Shown: positions 9,289 to 21,900, numbered from the stretch's first letter. The stretch is 64,000 nt of DNA from Candidatus Woesearchaeota archaeon (GCA_038891615.1 JAWADY010000001.1:96001-160000), one strand, 5' to 3'. Program-made: numbers and translations. Notes: a model not told the origin generated them from the letters alone.

Positions 9289-9694
9289 GCTTTCGTGGGG
9301 TTTCAGCGACTTGTTCATGTAAATAGGTTAATATTCCTGAGAGCTCCTTGAATTTTGATGTGAAAAGTATTTTTCTAAACCTGGTGTTTACCTTCACGCC
9401 TCTCTGCTGCAACTCTGATTTTATTCTTTCTGCTAATTTATTTGAGTTTTTGTTGACATCAAAAATAAGTATACATTCTTTGCCTGATTCTATTATTTTT
9501 GAAAGAAGTCCGAACTCTGGCTTAGTGTAGAAATAAACATTTTTTATCTGAAGAGAAGAAAGAATGTCAGCGTCACTTTTATGCTGCACGAGAACAATCC
9601 GATCCCGCGAGGCATTCGCAAGGTGTTGCAGCCACTCTGTGAATTTGTGAATCTCTTCTTCTCCTTTTGGCTGTGGCTTGCGTTTTCTTGCCAT
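9269..9694 (-). CDS. Small standalone Toprim-like protein, catalytic acidic residues degenerate
   Basis: IVLVQHKSD in place of I(I/V)VEGxxD, and ILIFDVN in place of DxD. Confidence 0.6.
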   Translation of the reverse strand: MARKRKPQPKGEEEIHKFTEWLQHLANASRDRIVLVQHKSDADILSSLQIKNVYFYTKPEFGLLSKIIESGKECILIFDVNKNSNKLAERIKSELQQRGVKVNTRFRKILFTSKFKELSGILTYLHEQVAETPRKHASVNF

Positions 9695-9807
9695 TTGCTC
9701 CCTCTTTTTTTCATCCGCTTAAGAGCATTTGCTTTTTAAGCTTTATGCGTTATACCAGCCTACGGGGCGCAATATTTAAAAAGCATAAATTTTAACTTTT
9801 TTTGAGA

Positions 9808-10482
9808 ATGGCTGAAGTAAAAACAGATGCTCAAGAGATAAAGAAAGGGCCAGTCGTAACTCTCAAGAGAAAGCGCTGGTATCAAATCATTGCTCCAAAG
9901 CTGTTCAATGAGCAGAAGCTTGGAGAGGCTTTTGTGGCAGAACCTGAAAAATTGATTGGAAGAAGTGTCGTAGTAAGTATGATGAGCCTAACAGGAGAGC
10001 CACAGAAACAGAACATAAACCTATATTTCAGGATAAAAGGGGTTGAAGGCGAAAAACTAGTTACAGAACTAGAAGGTTACAAAATAAGCACATCTGCATT
10101 AAGAAAAGTAGCGAGAAGGGGAAAAAACAAAATAGAAGAATCGCTGCTCGTGACAACAAAAGATGGCAAAAACATTCGTATAAAACCAATCCTTGTAACG
10201 AGCGGTAAAGCAAAAGGTGGCGCTATTGCAGCAATTCACAAATCTTTAAGAAGCCAAGTGGCTATTTTTGCTGCAAAGCTTTCATCCGAAGAACTCTTTT
10301 CACAAATTATTAGCAATAACTTTCAACGCACAATTGCTACTTCTATGAAGAAAATATATCCCATAAGTTTCTCGGAGATAAAATGGGCCCAGATTGTAAA
10401 AGTGCCTTTATTAAAAGCTGAAGAAAGCTCACAGCAACCTGTTGAATCGCAACAGCTTCCTGTGCAACCCAGCCAGCCTTAG
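9808..10482 (+). CDS. rps3ae: 30S ribosomal protein S3Ae (eS1)
   Basis: KRKRWYQIIAPKLF, PEKLIGR, RKVARRGKNKIE, TKDG..IRIKP. Confidence 0.92.
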   Translation: MAEVKTDAQEIKKGPVVTLKRKRWYQIIAPKLFNEQKLGEAFVAEPEKLIGRSVVVSMMSLTGEPQKQNINLYFRIKGVEGEKLVTELEGYKISTSALRKVARRGKNKIEESLLVTTKDGKNIRIKPILVTSGKAKGGAIAAIHKSLRSQVAIFAAKLSSEELFSQIISNNFQRTIATSMKKIYPISFSEIKWAQIVKVPLLKAEESSQQPVESQQLPVQPSQP

Positions 10483-10594
10483 AGTCCTGCTTCTTAATTG
10501 GTGATAATTAAATTTGATTCTGATAGCATGTTGCTTGCGTTATAATGAACTTTACTCCAAAAGTTTTAAAAAGCAATTTTTGTTAAATTTTACT

Positions 10595-11206
10595 ATGGAA
10601 CTGATAGCACATGGTGCAGAAGCAAAGCTATATCGCGATGGCGATAAGCTCGTAAAGGAAAGAATTCCAAAAGCCTACAGGCTGCCTGAACTAGATAAAA
10701 GACTGCGCGCCTTTAGGACGAGAAGAGAAGCAAAAATGTTTGAAAGGCTACAGGCACTGGGCTTTCCAGCTCCTGCGCTCAGAAGCTTTTCTGACACATC
10801 AATGCGAATAGAGATGGACTTTTTACATGGCACACCAGTCAAAGACGTACTTCAACAGAATCCAACTGAATTTGTACGAGAAATCGGAAGAAAAATCGGT
10901 CTGTTGCACAAAGCAGATATAATCCACTCAGACCTAACAACTTCAAATATGATTCTAAGCAATGGGGAGATAAAATTTATAGACTTTGGCTTAAGTTTTG
11001 TTTCTCAAAAAATAGAAGACAAAGCTGTTGATCTGCACCTTTTTGACAGGGCACTTTATTCTGCGCATGGCGATATTTATGAGCAGTGCATTCCTGCTTT
11101 GTTTGAAGGGTATCGCGAAAGCTATCCAGAAGCAGAAGCGGTTCTTGCGCGACTTAAAATTGTTCAACTAAGAGGCCGAAACAAGAAAAAACAGGCTATC
11201 GGATAA
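10595..11206 (+). CDS. bud32: KEOPS complex kinase Bud32
   Basis: GAEA, KERIPKAYR, RTRREAK, IIHSDLTTSNM, IDFGL, EDKAVDLHLF, RGR; start set at ATG about 22 nt after the TATA box. Confidence 0.95.
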   Translation: MELIAHGAEAKLYRDGDKLVKERIPKAYRLPELDKRLRAFRTRREAKMFERLQALGFPAPALRSFSDTSMRIEMDFLHGTPVKDVLQQNPTEFVREIGRKIGLLHKADIIHSDLTTSNMILSNGEIKFIDFGLSFVSQKIEDKAVDLHLFDRALYSAHGDIYEQCIPALFEGYRESYPEAEAVLARLKIVQLRGRNKKKQAIG

Positions 11207-11223
11207 TTTTGTTTTGCTCCTCA

Positions 11224-12105
11224 CTAAATTTTTTCAAGCTCCTCGGCAATTAAGCCACTCACATCGATTTTTCCAACTGGATTGGTTATTGTGTTTGTTG
11301 TGATGACTTCTGCGCCTGCCCGCTTTAGCTTTTCAAGTGCGCCTTCTGCCAGAATGCCATGCACAGCAATACACAAAATGCTCTTAGCACCAAGGCGTTT
11401 TACTTCTTTTATCGTTTCAATCATTGTTGTACCTGAACTGATTATGTCGTCAATAATTATAACAGGTTTGCCTTTGATTGGAATTGATTCTTTTATCTTT
11501 ATTTTTACCTTTCTAGCAGCATACCTCTTTTTTCGCAGTACAAAAGCATGCATTCTTAGTCTTTTTGCAATCATTGAGGCCCATTGGTAGCTTTCAACAT
11601 CGGGCCCTATTATTATTTCTTTCCTAAAACGTGTGCCAATAAAATCTGCAAGCAAGTTGTTTACGCTTAAAGTTTTTGTTGGAATTGTAAAAATTTCTCC
11701 AAGATTTCGCACTCTATGAAGATGTGGGTCGATGGTTATGAGGTGGTCAAGCGTGTTGCTCAAAAGCCAAGCCATTTGTCTTGCGCTAACACACTCACCC
11801 TTTTTGAATGATGTGTCTTGACGCATATACGCCAAATAAGGAATCACTCCAATTATCTTTTTTGCGCCTAGCTCTCGCGCAGTTTTTGCGGCAAAAACAA
11901 GCTCAAGCAAAGCTTCGCTTGGTCTTGGATGCATTGTTTGGACAAGAATAACTTTAGCGTCCTTTAGGGGCATGGTGAAGCGCAGATATATCTCGCCGTC
12001 AGGAAAATGGCTCACCTTAAGTGTCGAGAAAGGAACTTTTAGCTTGTTTGCAATGGCGCGAGCAAGAGCTGTGCTATTTGAAAGTCCTATGATCAGTTTA
12101 GACAT
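11224..12105 (-). CDS. prs: Ribose-phosphate pyrophosphokinase
   Basis: FPDGE, PYLAYMRQD, IDPHLH, GPD, IIDDIISSGTT, VHG. Confidence 0.95.
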   Translation of the reverse strand: MSKLIIGLSNSTALARAIANKLKVPFSTLKVSHFPDGEIYLRFTMPLKDAKVILVQTMHPRPSEALLELVFAAKTARELGAKKIIGVIPYLAYMRQDTSFKKGECVSARQMAWLLSNTLDHLITIDPHLHRVRNLGEIFTIPTKTLSVNNLLADFIGTRFRKEIIIGPDVESYQWASMIAKRLRMHAFVLRKKRYAARKVKIKIKESIPIKGKPVIIIDDIISSGTTMIETIKEVKRLGAKSILCIAVHGILAEGALEKLKRAGAEVITTNTITNPVGKIDVSGLIAEELEKI

Positions 12106-12168
12106 TTTTGCAATCACCTCTTTCTTCATTCATTAAACAGAGCTGTTTCTTTTAAAATGTTACTGCAA

Positions 12169-12270
12169 TGGGGCCGGGAGGATTTGAACCCCCGTTGGAC
12201 GCAAATTGGCTTGTGTCAAAATTTGTTCGTCCCCAAGCGCCAGTCATAGACCAAACTAGACCACGGCCCC
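12169..12270 (-). tRNA. tRNA-Pro (GGG) with a 27-nt intron at 37/38 (12204-12230)
   Basis: GGGGCCG/CGGCCCC-A acceptor; anticodon stem GGCGC/GCGTC; TT-GGG-G then insert; GGTTCAAATCC. Confidence 0.9.
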
Positions 12271-12356
12271 TTTGGTTCGATGCATCATTTTGCTTAAAAA
12301 GCTTTTCCATAAGTTTCATGCAAAGATTTTTATTTAATTCAAACTTTGAGAGCAGA

Positions 12357-12788
12357 ATGGGACTTGACGAATTGGTCAAGAAATTTGTGATAGATTTCAA
12401 AATGCCTCTCGAAGGAGGTTATCTCTTGATTATGCGTGAAGTTAGCCAAACAAAAAGCTGTATGTCTTACATTTTCGTTGCGTATAATGAGTTGCAAAAT
12501 AAAAAAGTGATTCACAGCGATGTTTATGCCCTTTTTGGCAAAAAAATGTATTTACACCAAACTGACGATGATGAAAAAATTTGTCAATTATCTTTTGTCA
12601 ACATTGAGGAGAAAAGGACAATCTTTCCGAAGCGTCACAAATTGATAATGCCTGTTGTTCATGTAATCTCGCATCCAATTCTTCACCTCTCATGGCAAAT
12701 ACAGAATGAAAGCGAATTGGAGTTTATTGAGCATCTCAGCAGTGAATATGCAGTGAAAGTAAGAATAAAATACCTTCATTTTGTATGA
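12357..12788 (+). CDS. Hypothetical protein
   Basis: 3' part of ORF 12168..12788; start moved downstream of the tRNA and of a TATA-like element. Confidence 0.55.
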   Translation: MGLDELVKKFVIDFKMPLEGGYLLIMREVSQTKSCMSYIFVAYNELQNKKVIHSDVYALFGKKMYLHQTDDDEKICQLSFVNIEEKRTIFPKRHKLIMPVVHVISHPILHLSWQIQNESELEFIEHLSSEYAVKVRIKYLHFV

Positions 12789-12866
12789 TACTAAACAAAT
12801 AGAACAAAAGACAATATAGTCTTTTCTAAAGAAACCTTAATAAAGCCTTCTGACCTGTCCAAAGGC

Positions 12867-14195
12867 ATGGCAGAAAAATTCAAACGTGTTCGTGGGACTA
12901 ACGATTTCTATCCTTTGGATAAAGCCAAGTTTAACTTTGTAGCTGAACGTTTAAAAGAAACTGTCAGAAGATATGGTTATCAGGAAGTGACAGTCCCATC
13001 TCTTGAGAGCTTCAGGCTTCTTGCTGCAAAATCTGGGGAAGAGATAAAACAACAGATGTTTACGCTAACGCCAAAAAGCGTGATAAAACAACCCGAAGAG
13101 GTGGAAAAAGAAGAACTTGCACTCATTCCAGAATTCACACCTGGAATGGCAAGAATGTTTGTTGCAAAGCAAAAAGAGCTTGTAAAGCCAGTTAAGTGGT
13201 TTACATTTGATAAGCTGTGGCGATACGAAGCTCCGCAGAAAGGTAGAGAAAGAGAATTTTATCAATTGAGTGTTGAATGTTACGGCTCTAGCTTTCCTGA
13301 AGCTGATGCAGAGGTTATAAACCTTTGTATAGATTCCCTAAAAAGTTTTGGACTCAGTTCAAAGGATTTTGTCGTGAAGGTCAACAACAGAAAGTTACTT
13401 TCAGGCATTTTATCTGACATTCTTCCAAAAGCAAAAGACCAGAAATCAGAGGTTATCAGATTGATTGACAAGTCGAGAAAGATTCCTGAAGAAACTTTTG
13501 ACAGGCTTCTCGCAGAGCAAGGGCTTGATGCAGTAAAGCGAGAGCGCATAAAAGCTCTTGTTTCTCTTCGTGGTGAGCCAAAAAAAGTTCTCGCGAAGCT
13601 AAAAATGACTTCTTTAAATGCTGAAGCAAAAGAGGGGTTTGTTGAGTTGAGCAAAATAATTTCATTAGTTCAAGATAAAAGTGTGGAGCTTGACCTTTCA
13701 GTTGCGCGCGGGCTTGCTTATTATACTGGCACTGTCTTTGAGGTTTATGATAAAGCCGAGACTTTAAGAGCAATAGCTGGAGGGGGGCGGTATGATGGTC
13801 TTGTAGAGCTTTTTGGGGGCGAGCCTACACCCGCTGTTGGATTTGGGATGGGTTATTCTACCCTTTCTCTATTACTAGATGCTAAAGGACTTTTACCAAG
13901 GAAAATAAGCGGAGTTGATTTTTATGTGGCTTCTGTCAATGAAAAAATGTCACAAAAGGCAAGAGAACTTACACAAAAATTAAGGCTGAAGTGGTCTGCT
14001 GAAACCGATCTTTTGCGGCGCAAGCTGTCAAAGCAGCTGGAATATGCTGCTTCGATTGGTGCAACCAAGGTTGTCATTGTTGGACCAGAAGAACTTAAAA
14101 AAGGCAAAGTGGTTGTTAGGGACATGGCTTCTGGAAAAGAAGAAGAGGTTTCTATTGATGAGTTACTTAAATACAATATAGTTAAATTAAATTAG
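12867..14195 (+). CDS. hisS: Histidine--tRNA ligase
   Basis: RGTNDF, PEFTP, WRYEAPQKGR.REFYQ, ARGLAYYTG, GGGRYD, AVGFGMG. Confidence 0.97.
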   Translation: MAEKFKRVRGTNDFYPLDKAKFNFVAERLKETVRRYGYQEVTVPSLESFRLLAAKSGEEIKQQMFTLTPKSVIKQPEEVEKEELALIPEFTPGMARMFVAKQKELVKPVKWFTFDKLWRYEAPQKGREREFYQLSVECYGSSFPEADAEVINLCIDSLKSFGLSSKDFVVKVNNRKLLSGILSDILPKAKDQKSEVIRLIDKSRKIPEETFDRLLAEQGLDAVKRERIKALVSLRGEPKKVLAKLKMTSLNAEAKEGFVELSKIISLVQDKSVELDLSVARGLAYYTGTVFEVYDKAETLRAIAGGGRYDGLVELFGGEPTPAVGFGMGYSTLSLLLDAKGLLPRKISGVDFYVASVNEKMSQKARELTQKLRLKWSAETDLLRRKLSKQLEYAASIGATKVVIVGPEELKKGKVVVRDMASGKEEEVSIDELLKYNIVKLN

Positions 14196-14265
14196 TCACC
14201 AAATAAAAATCAAAAAATAGAAGAATTAAAGAATCTAAAAAAACGAAACAAAATATAAAAAAAGG

Positions 14266-15333
14266 TTACAACGTCTCGATGCCGAGCTCGCTGTTAAAAT
14301 ACTTCGTTCTTTCGCTTGCTTCTTTTGGGTTAGGTTTGCCGAGCAGCCATGGGCTACTAACACCAGTAATTATTGTCATTACCATTATCTTTCCTTTCAT
14401 GTTTTCATTAACCCTTGCTCCCCATATGACATTAGCGTCTTCATCCATGGACTCAGTTACTAGCTCTCCAACCCTGTTTATTTCGTCTAGCGTAAGGTCT
14501 GGTCCGCCTTCAACATGTATGAGCGCACCAGTTGCGCCTTTGTAGCTTATCTCAAGCAGTGGATTCGAAAGTGCTCCCCTTACAGCTTCTTCAACCCTGT
14601 TTGTTGTGTCAGAGCTTCCAATTCCTATCGCAGCAACTCCGCCGCTTGACATTATCGCCTTTACATCAGCGTAGTCTAGGTTTACAAGTGATGGAATTGC
14701 TATCGTTTCAACTATGCCTTTTATCATTGTAGCCACAAGTTCATTTGCTACAGCAAACGCCTGTTGCACAGGCAGATTTCCAGCAATTTGCACAAGTCTG
14801 TTGTTATCAATAACTACAACAGTATCGCAGTTCTTTCTTAGCTGTTGTAAGCCAAATTCAGCCTTATCGACTCTAGCACGCTCGATCTTGAATGGCATTG
14901 TCACCGTCCCGATAACTATTGCCCCTGTCTCTTTGGCAACAGCAGCAACAACAGGCGCTGCGCCAGTTCCTGTTCCACCTCCTTCTCCCGCGCATACAAA
15001 AACCATATCAGAACCTTTCAACAGTTCCTTCAGCTGCATAATGCTTTCTTGTGCAGCTTCTGCTCCCTTTTGTGGGAATCCGCCACAACCAAGCCCTCTC
15101 GTGATGTCCCTTCCAAGCAGGATTTTTTTGTCAGCCTCGGTTATATCTAAGTGCTGTTTATCCGTGTTTGCAGCAATTATTTCAGCACCCCTTATCCCTT
15201 TCTTGAAAAGCCAGCTTACCATATTGTTGCCGGCTCCTCCAACTCCAACTACCTTTATGTTTGCCTGCCCAACCTGTAATTCTTCAAGGTTGGTTGGTTG
15301 TGTGTTCAGCGCGTTTTTGACAAGCAGATCCAT
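14266..15333 (-). CDS. ftsZ: Cell division protein FtsZ
   Basis: IKVVGVGGAGNN, NTD, GGGTGTG, NLDYADV, IWGAR; GGAGG RBS before ATG 15333. Confidence 0.97.
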   Translation of the reverse strand: MDLLVKNALNTQPTNLEELQVGQANIKVVGVGGAGNNMVSWLFKKGIRGAEIIAANTDKQHLDITEADKKILLGRDITRGLGCGGFPQKGAEAAQESIMQLKELLKGSDMVFVCAGEGGGTGTGAAPVVAAVAKETGAIVIGTVTMPFKIERARVDKAEFGLQQLRKNCDTVVVIDNNRLVQIAGNLPVQQAFAVANELVATMIKGIVETIAIPSLVNLDYADVKAIMSSGGVAAIGIGSSDTTNRVEEAVRGALSNPLLEISYKGATGALIHVEGGPDLTLDEINRVGELVTESMDEDANVIWGARVNENMKGKIMVMTIITGVSSPWLLGKPNPKEASERTKYFNSELGIETL

Positions 15334-15410
15334 TTTGTTTTCCTCCTTTGGTCCTTTTATTTTTAATCGATAAGAAGAATTTAAAGCAAAAGCTAATGAA
15401 TTAAAAATGA

Positions 15411-15467
15411 AAAACAGGCTCTCGTTAATGTTTGGTGGGGTAGAAAGAAAGAGGGAGAGCCTGTTTT
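15411..15467. repeat. 13-bp perfect inverted repeat with a 31-nt loop in the ftsZ upstream/leader region
   Basis: AAAACAGGCTCTC (15411-15423) / GAGAGCCTGTTTT (15455-15467). Confidence 0.75.
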
Positions 15468-15478
15468 CAGCGTGAGTC

Positions 15479-15503
15479 ATATTGCATCAATTGGATGCAA
15501 TAT
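15479..15503. promoter_or_regulatory. Palindrome ATATTGCATC-N5-GATGCAATAT, candidate operator between ftsZ and the divergent gene
   Basis: 10-bp perfect arms next to a minus-strand TATA-like element (about 15507-15520). Confidence 0.6.
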
Positions 15504-15672
15504 CCTTTTATTATAATTTTGTATACTGACATACAGAATTATTAACTTGTATATAAAGCTTTCGTTTTACTTTTTACTAGATTTTCATCATCGAAAATAC
15601 TGGTTAACAAAATGCCAAACTTTATATATTGGTTTCTATTCTTTTCGTCTACTCATCAGAGGGGGTGGCAGA

Positions 15673-16077
15673 ATGGTAGTTCTTTTCGACAGGTTCAATC
15701 TTCCGGATGACATTTTCGAAATAATATTTGCGACAACACAGCAAAAGATTGTTGCAAAAGAGCTTATTAAATACCTCATCGCGAATGGTGGCGAGGTTTC
15801 AAAAAGCCTCATGTCAATCTTTGCGACACAACTTCATGAAAATAAGTATGAGGCTATGCTCGATATTCCGCCATACAAAGGGAAAAAGGTTAGGTTAGGT
15901 TACAACAAAAGACAGTTTTACGATAGAATATTGACTCCAATGAAAGCAATGGGACTCATAGATTATGATTTGTACAAAAAGACATACAAGATTTCAACAA
16001 AATTTTCAAGCGATATGATGCGCATTGGGCTCATGTGGAAAAGGGAATTGAGGGCACTTGGTTATACCGGCGCATGA
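15673..16077 (+). CDS. Hypothetical protein, possible winged-helix DNA-binding protein, divergent from ftsZ
   Basis: GGGGGTG RBS; helix-helix-wing-like C-terminus (FYDRILTPMKAMGLIDYD..KTYKIS). Confidence 0.65.
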   Translation: MVVLFDRFNLPDDIFEIIFATTQQKIVAKELIKYLIANGGEVSKSLMSIFATQLHENKYEAMLDIPPYKGKKVRLGYNKRQFYDRILTPMKAMGLIDYDLYKKTYKISTKFSSDMMRIGLMWKRELRALGYTGA

Positions 16078-16095
16078 GCCTAAGCTTTCGCGCGA

Positions 16096-18039
<1,944 letters not shown>

Positions 18040-18189
18040 TCAAAACTGTTTTGATAAATTATTTATTGACGAGAAGAGTGTCGTCGAGCAGCTTTTTTCA
18101 CAAAGAAAATAACAAACCTGGATATATAAAGCTTGCGTTATTGTTTTCAGTTTATAAGGCTTAAAAACAAAAAATTTTGCCTTTTTAGG

Positions 18190-18903
18190 TTATAGCGTTT
18201 GCAAAGCAAGCCCTACAACGTAGCCAACCAAAGCAGCAGAGGTTCCTATGGCCGCCAGCTCAAGTCCTTGCTTTTTCCAGTCTCCAATAGTGAGCTTTGC
18301 TTTTGCAGCCCCAATAAAAAATAAAACAAGTACAGAGACAAAAATCGAGATAGTAACTGCTTGCTGAACACTAAAAAGAAAAAAAGGGATTATTGGCACA
18401 AAAGAACCTGCAAAGGAAGCAAAACCAACTCGAAATCCTGATGTCAGCGGATTCTTGTATTCTTCTGGGAAAAGCCTTAGCTCTTCTGCCATCATTGTGT
18501 CAAGCCATACCTTTTTGCTAGATGTTATTTTTGCAACAATCTCCTCGAGCAACCTTCCTCTAAAACCTTTTTTTCTATATATCTCACGAACTTCTTCTTT
18601 TTCGATTTCAGGAATTGTTTCAATTTCATGTTTTTCTTTTTCAAGTTTGCTTTTGTAGTACTCGTAGGCAGCTTTTGTGGAAGTGTAGGCAACGGCTCCC
18701 ATCGATATCGATTCAGCAAAGGTTGCTGCAAGCGCAGCAATAAGCACAATCTTTGTTGTGGCAGTTGCAGTAGCAACGCCGAGAACGATGCCTAGAACAT
18801 TTACAAGCCCATCCTGGCCACCAAGAATGAGCTCCCTAAGCTTCGGGGCAATGCTTTTCCTGTAAAATCCTTCTTCGGCGTCAAACGACTGCTGGCTTTT
18901 CAT
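18190..18903 (-). CDS. VIT1/CCC1 family iron/manganese transporter
   Basis: ILGGQDGLV, AESISMG, E..E..TIPE.E.EE, MMAEEL, five TM segments. Confidence 0.9.
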   Translation of the reverse strand: MKSQQSFDAEEGFYRKSIAPKLRELILGGQDGLVNVLGIVLGVATATATTKIVLIAALAATFAESISMGAVAYTSTKAAYEYYKSKLEKEKHEIETIPEIEKEEVREIYRKKGFRGRLLEEIVAKITSSKKVWLDTMMAEELRLFPEEYKNPLTSGFRVGFASFAGSFVPIIPFFLFSVQQAVTISIFVSVLVLFFIGAAKAKLTIGDWKKQGLELAAIGTSAALVGYVVGLALQTL

Positions 18904-21900
18904 CTTTTCTCTCGTTTTTGACCTTTTCTTCTAATTTTGGTGTCAAAAGTTTATAAATGATTGCCAAAGCTGCTACAATCACGACCACAACAAGCAGTCT
19001 GAACAATTTGTTGGTTATGCCAACTTCTTTTTCCTGAACAATAACCTTTTCAGCAATTATTTCCTTCTTCTCAACAGTGCACTCTCTTTCTTCCTCAGGT
19101 TTATGTTCTTTTGGAGGCAGGCAATTTGCATTTTCAGTCGCATTGCATGTTCTGGTTTGCTTTCCTTTACCATTTGCAGCAACACAAACACTCCATTCAC
19201 TGCAACTCCAGTTGTTGAAGCAAGGAGTGCAATTAATGTTTTCAGTCGGCTTGTTTTTTGTGGTGCCACATCTGTTTAGGTCTATACATTTACGGCTCGC
19301 TATGCCACTGCCAAGAGTTGCATTTGGTATACATTCACTCCATTCACTGCAACTCCAATTCTCCACACAAGTGGTAATGATACCCCCACCACCTCTACGA
19401 CTGCCTCTTCCCCCACCACCTGAAGGTGTTGGTGGCGAACTTTCTGTTGCTTCAGCTATCGAGAAACCTGAAAAGCTTGTGCGATTGATTTCAAAATAAT
19501 CACCAGTTGTGTTTTGGTTGGGATTTTCAACTAAGCTAAAACTTCCTAGGCAGGTTCTTGAGGCGAAAGCCCAATTCTCGCATACATAGAGTCTAAGGGC
19601 AGATTCTAGAGAAAAGGTAGTATTTGCGTAGCTCAGCTTGAGGGTTGCATTTGTGAAGTTTATTCCCCCAGAATCAACTCCATAGCTAACAATATACCCA
19701 CTTACAGGACTCGGCAAGCTGTCTAGGCCAACGCTTTTGTTTGTACTTTCAGAAAGATTTACGCCATTAAGCCTGAGAACAATTGAGCCATTTTGATTTG
19801 AAATCTGTAAGTCGTAGACCCCAAGCGGATGCTCAATGGTCATGTTATTGCTAAAGTTTTCACGTACTAATGCCTCTTCACTGCCTGGATAAAAAATTGT
19901 GATATTTGCTCGGAAGTCAGTGATATTTGGTGCAGTTACATTTAGTGTAAAGTTGAAAGGTTCTGCTGATATAAAAAAGTCGCTTGATGTTGCATTGTTT
20001 CCTGTTGTGTCGTTTGTAATAAAGGTTACATTGTGTCTTCCGATAATGACTGGAGTAAACTGTGTTGGTAACGAATGAGCAGTTATTGTAGAATTTGGCC
20101 AAGCAATTAGCGCTATCATCTTATCAATTTCAACATTATCCGTTGCTGTCATGTTTATGGTAACATTACGCCCAACAATTACTGACCTGGGCTTTGCATT
20201 GACACTTGTTATGTTTGGAGGTGTTTCATCAAGGCTTATGTTTATGAAATGTGTTTCAAAAGAAGTGGTATGATTTTCAGTTTCATGATACCTCGCAGTT
20301 ACATTAACAATGCCAGGAGTGCCATAGCTTTTGAGAATACTTTGAGGCGAGCTTCCATTTGCAATAAGCACACCATCACTGAAGACTTCAATGTTGCCAG
20401 AAGATGGAGTCAGAAGAATTGCAGTGATGTTGAGTTTTTGGCCTGTTAATGCGCTAACATTCCCGTCAATAGAATTTATTGTGAGATTGACTTCGCTCGA
20501 AGCCTTGCTAACTGTTAGTATGGCTTCAATCGTTGTTGCTGAAGTAAAGTTCGCATTTCCAGAAAAGCTACAGGTGTAATTATAGCTACCAGCAGCAAGC
20601 TGTGCAGTGTCAGGATTGCCCACATTTGTGCCATTTCTTGCAAGTTGAGGTGCAATCTGTTCAGCATTTCCTCTGCAACTTACATTTGTTGTTGTTCCGA
20701 AAATGACAGTAGTGTTTGGCAGTATTGTTATGTTAAGTGATGGTATCGACTTCAAAACAACAAATTCAAAGGTTTCAGTGGAATTCATAGCGCCGCTCGT
20801 ATCATTTGCATGCGAGCGCCAGCTATAGTTGCCAGCAGCAATTGGGCCATAGTTGTAAAAGTAAGTTCTATTTGTGTTGTTGCCAACAAAACCAGATGGT
20901 GAATAGTTTGCGAATGTTCCTGTAAAGTTGTGTTCAAAAAGCACTGCATCAAGGAACCAATCATCAAACCAACTTATGTTGAATTGATATGTTGCATTTT
21001 CAGAATAATTTGCTGGACTTGGTGGAAATGTTGCATTAACACCAGACCAGCTTGGTGGAGAATTTGTTGTTGTGGAGTAATTTGTCCAACCAGTTACACT
21101 GAATGTCAAATTGCCTTCAGAATAGCTAACTATACTGCATATTGTAAGGGGGCACGCCTGACCGTCCTTGAGTATCGCCGGAGTGCGCGTAAAATTCAAT
21201 CCAAACATTTTGATTGTTGCAGGTTTATTGAAAGCTGGGTATGTGTTTGTGTCAAGAAAAATCGAACCGTTGCTTATTATGAAAGCATCCGATGCTCCTG
21301 ACATGTTTGTTTGAGTTGAGAATGTTATTTTGCCAATGCCTGGCTTTTCTGCAGAACTCTCGCTTTCATTTACGAAGAGAACCTCATTTTTTGCAGCAAA
21401 AACGTCTATTCTTTTGAATGTTAAACCATTGTCAGAATCGGTGATTGGAATTCCAGTTCGTTTGAGAAGTCCTTCTATCTCTCTTGGGGTGAGGGATGTA
21501 TTAGAATAAAGTTTTTGGTAGTGGCGCAGCAGGGCTCCTGCACCAGAAACATGAGGAGTAGCCATTGATGTCCCGCTTTTAAGAGTATACCCCCCTCCCT
21601 TAGACGTTGAATTTATTGACACACCTGGCGCAAGCAAGTCTGTTATGTTGTTTGTGTTGCTAAAACTTGCTATCACATCAGCTTTTGTTGCGGCTGCCAC
21701 AGAGGTGACATTGCTTCCACAGGCTGGTGAAGCAATGCTTGTCGCGCTTCCATCATTCCCACTGGCTGCAACAACAAAAATGCCAGTGTTTGCTGCGCTG
21801 TTGGCAGCTGAAGCAACAGGGTCGGAGTCGCAATAGTTTGAGAAAAGTGTTTGTGATGCAAGCGACATGCTTATGACAGTTATATTGTAAATTGATGCAT

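Noticed and set aside
12152-12356. 5' extension of ORF 12168..12788 and ORF 12152..12400
   Set aside because: They overlap tRNA-Pro and its promoter
15334-15480. 49-aa N-terminal extension of FtsZ, or a CdrS-like small ORF
   Set aside because: A strong RBS precedes ATG 15333 and the extension has no RHH pattern; better explained as non-coding leader
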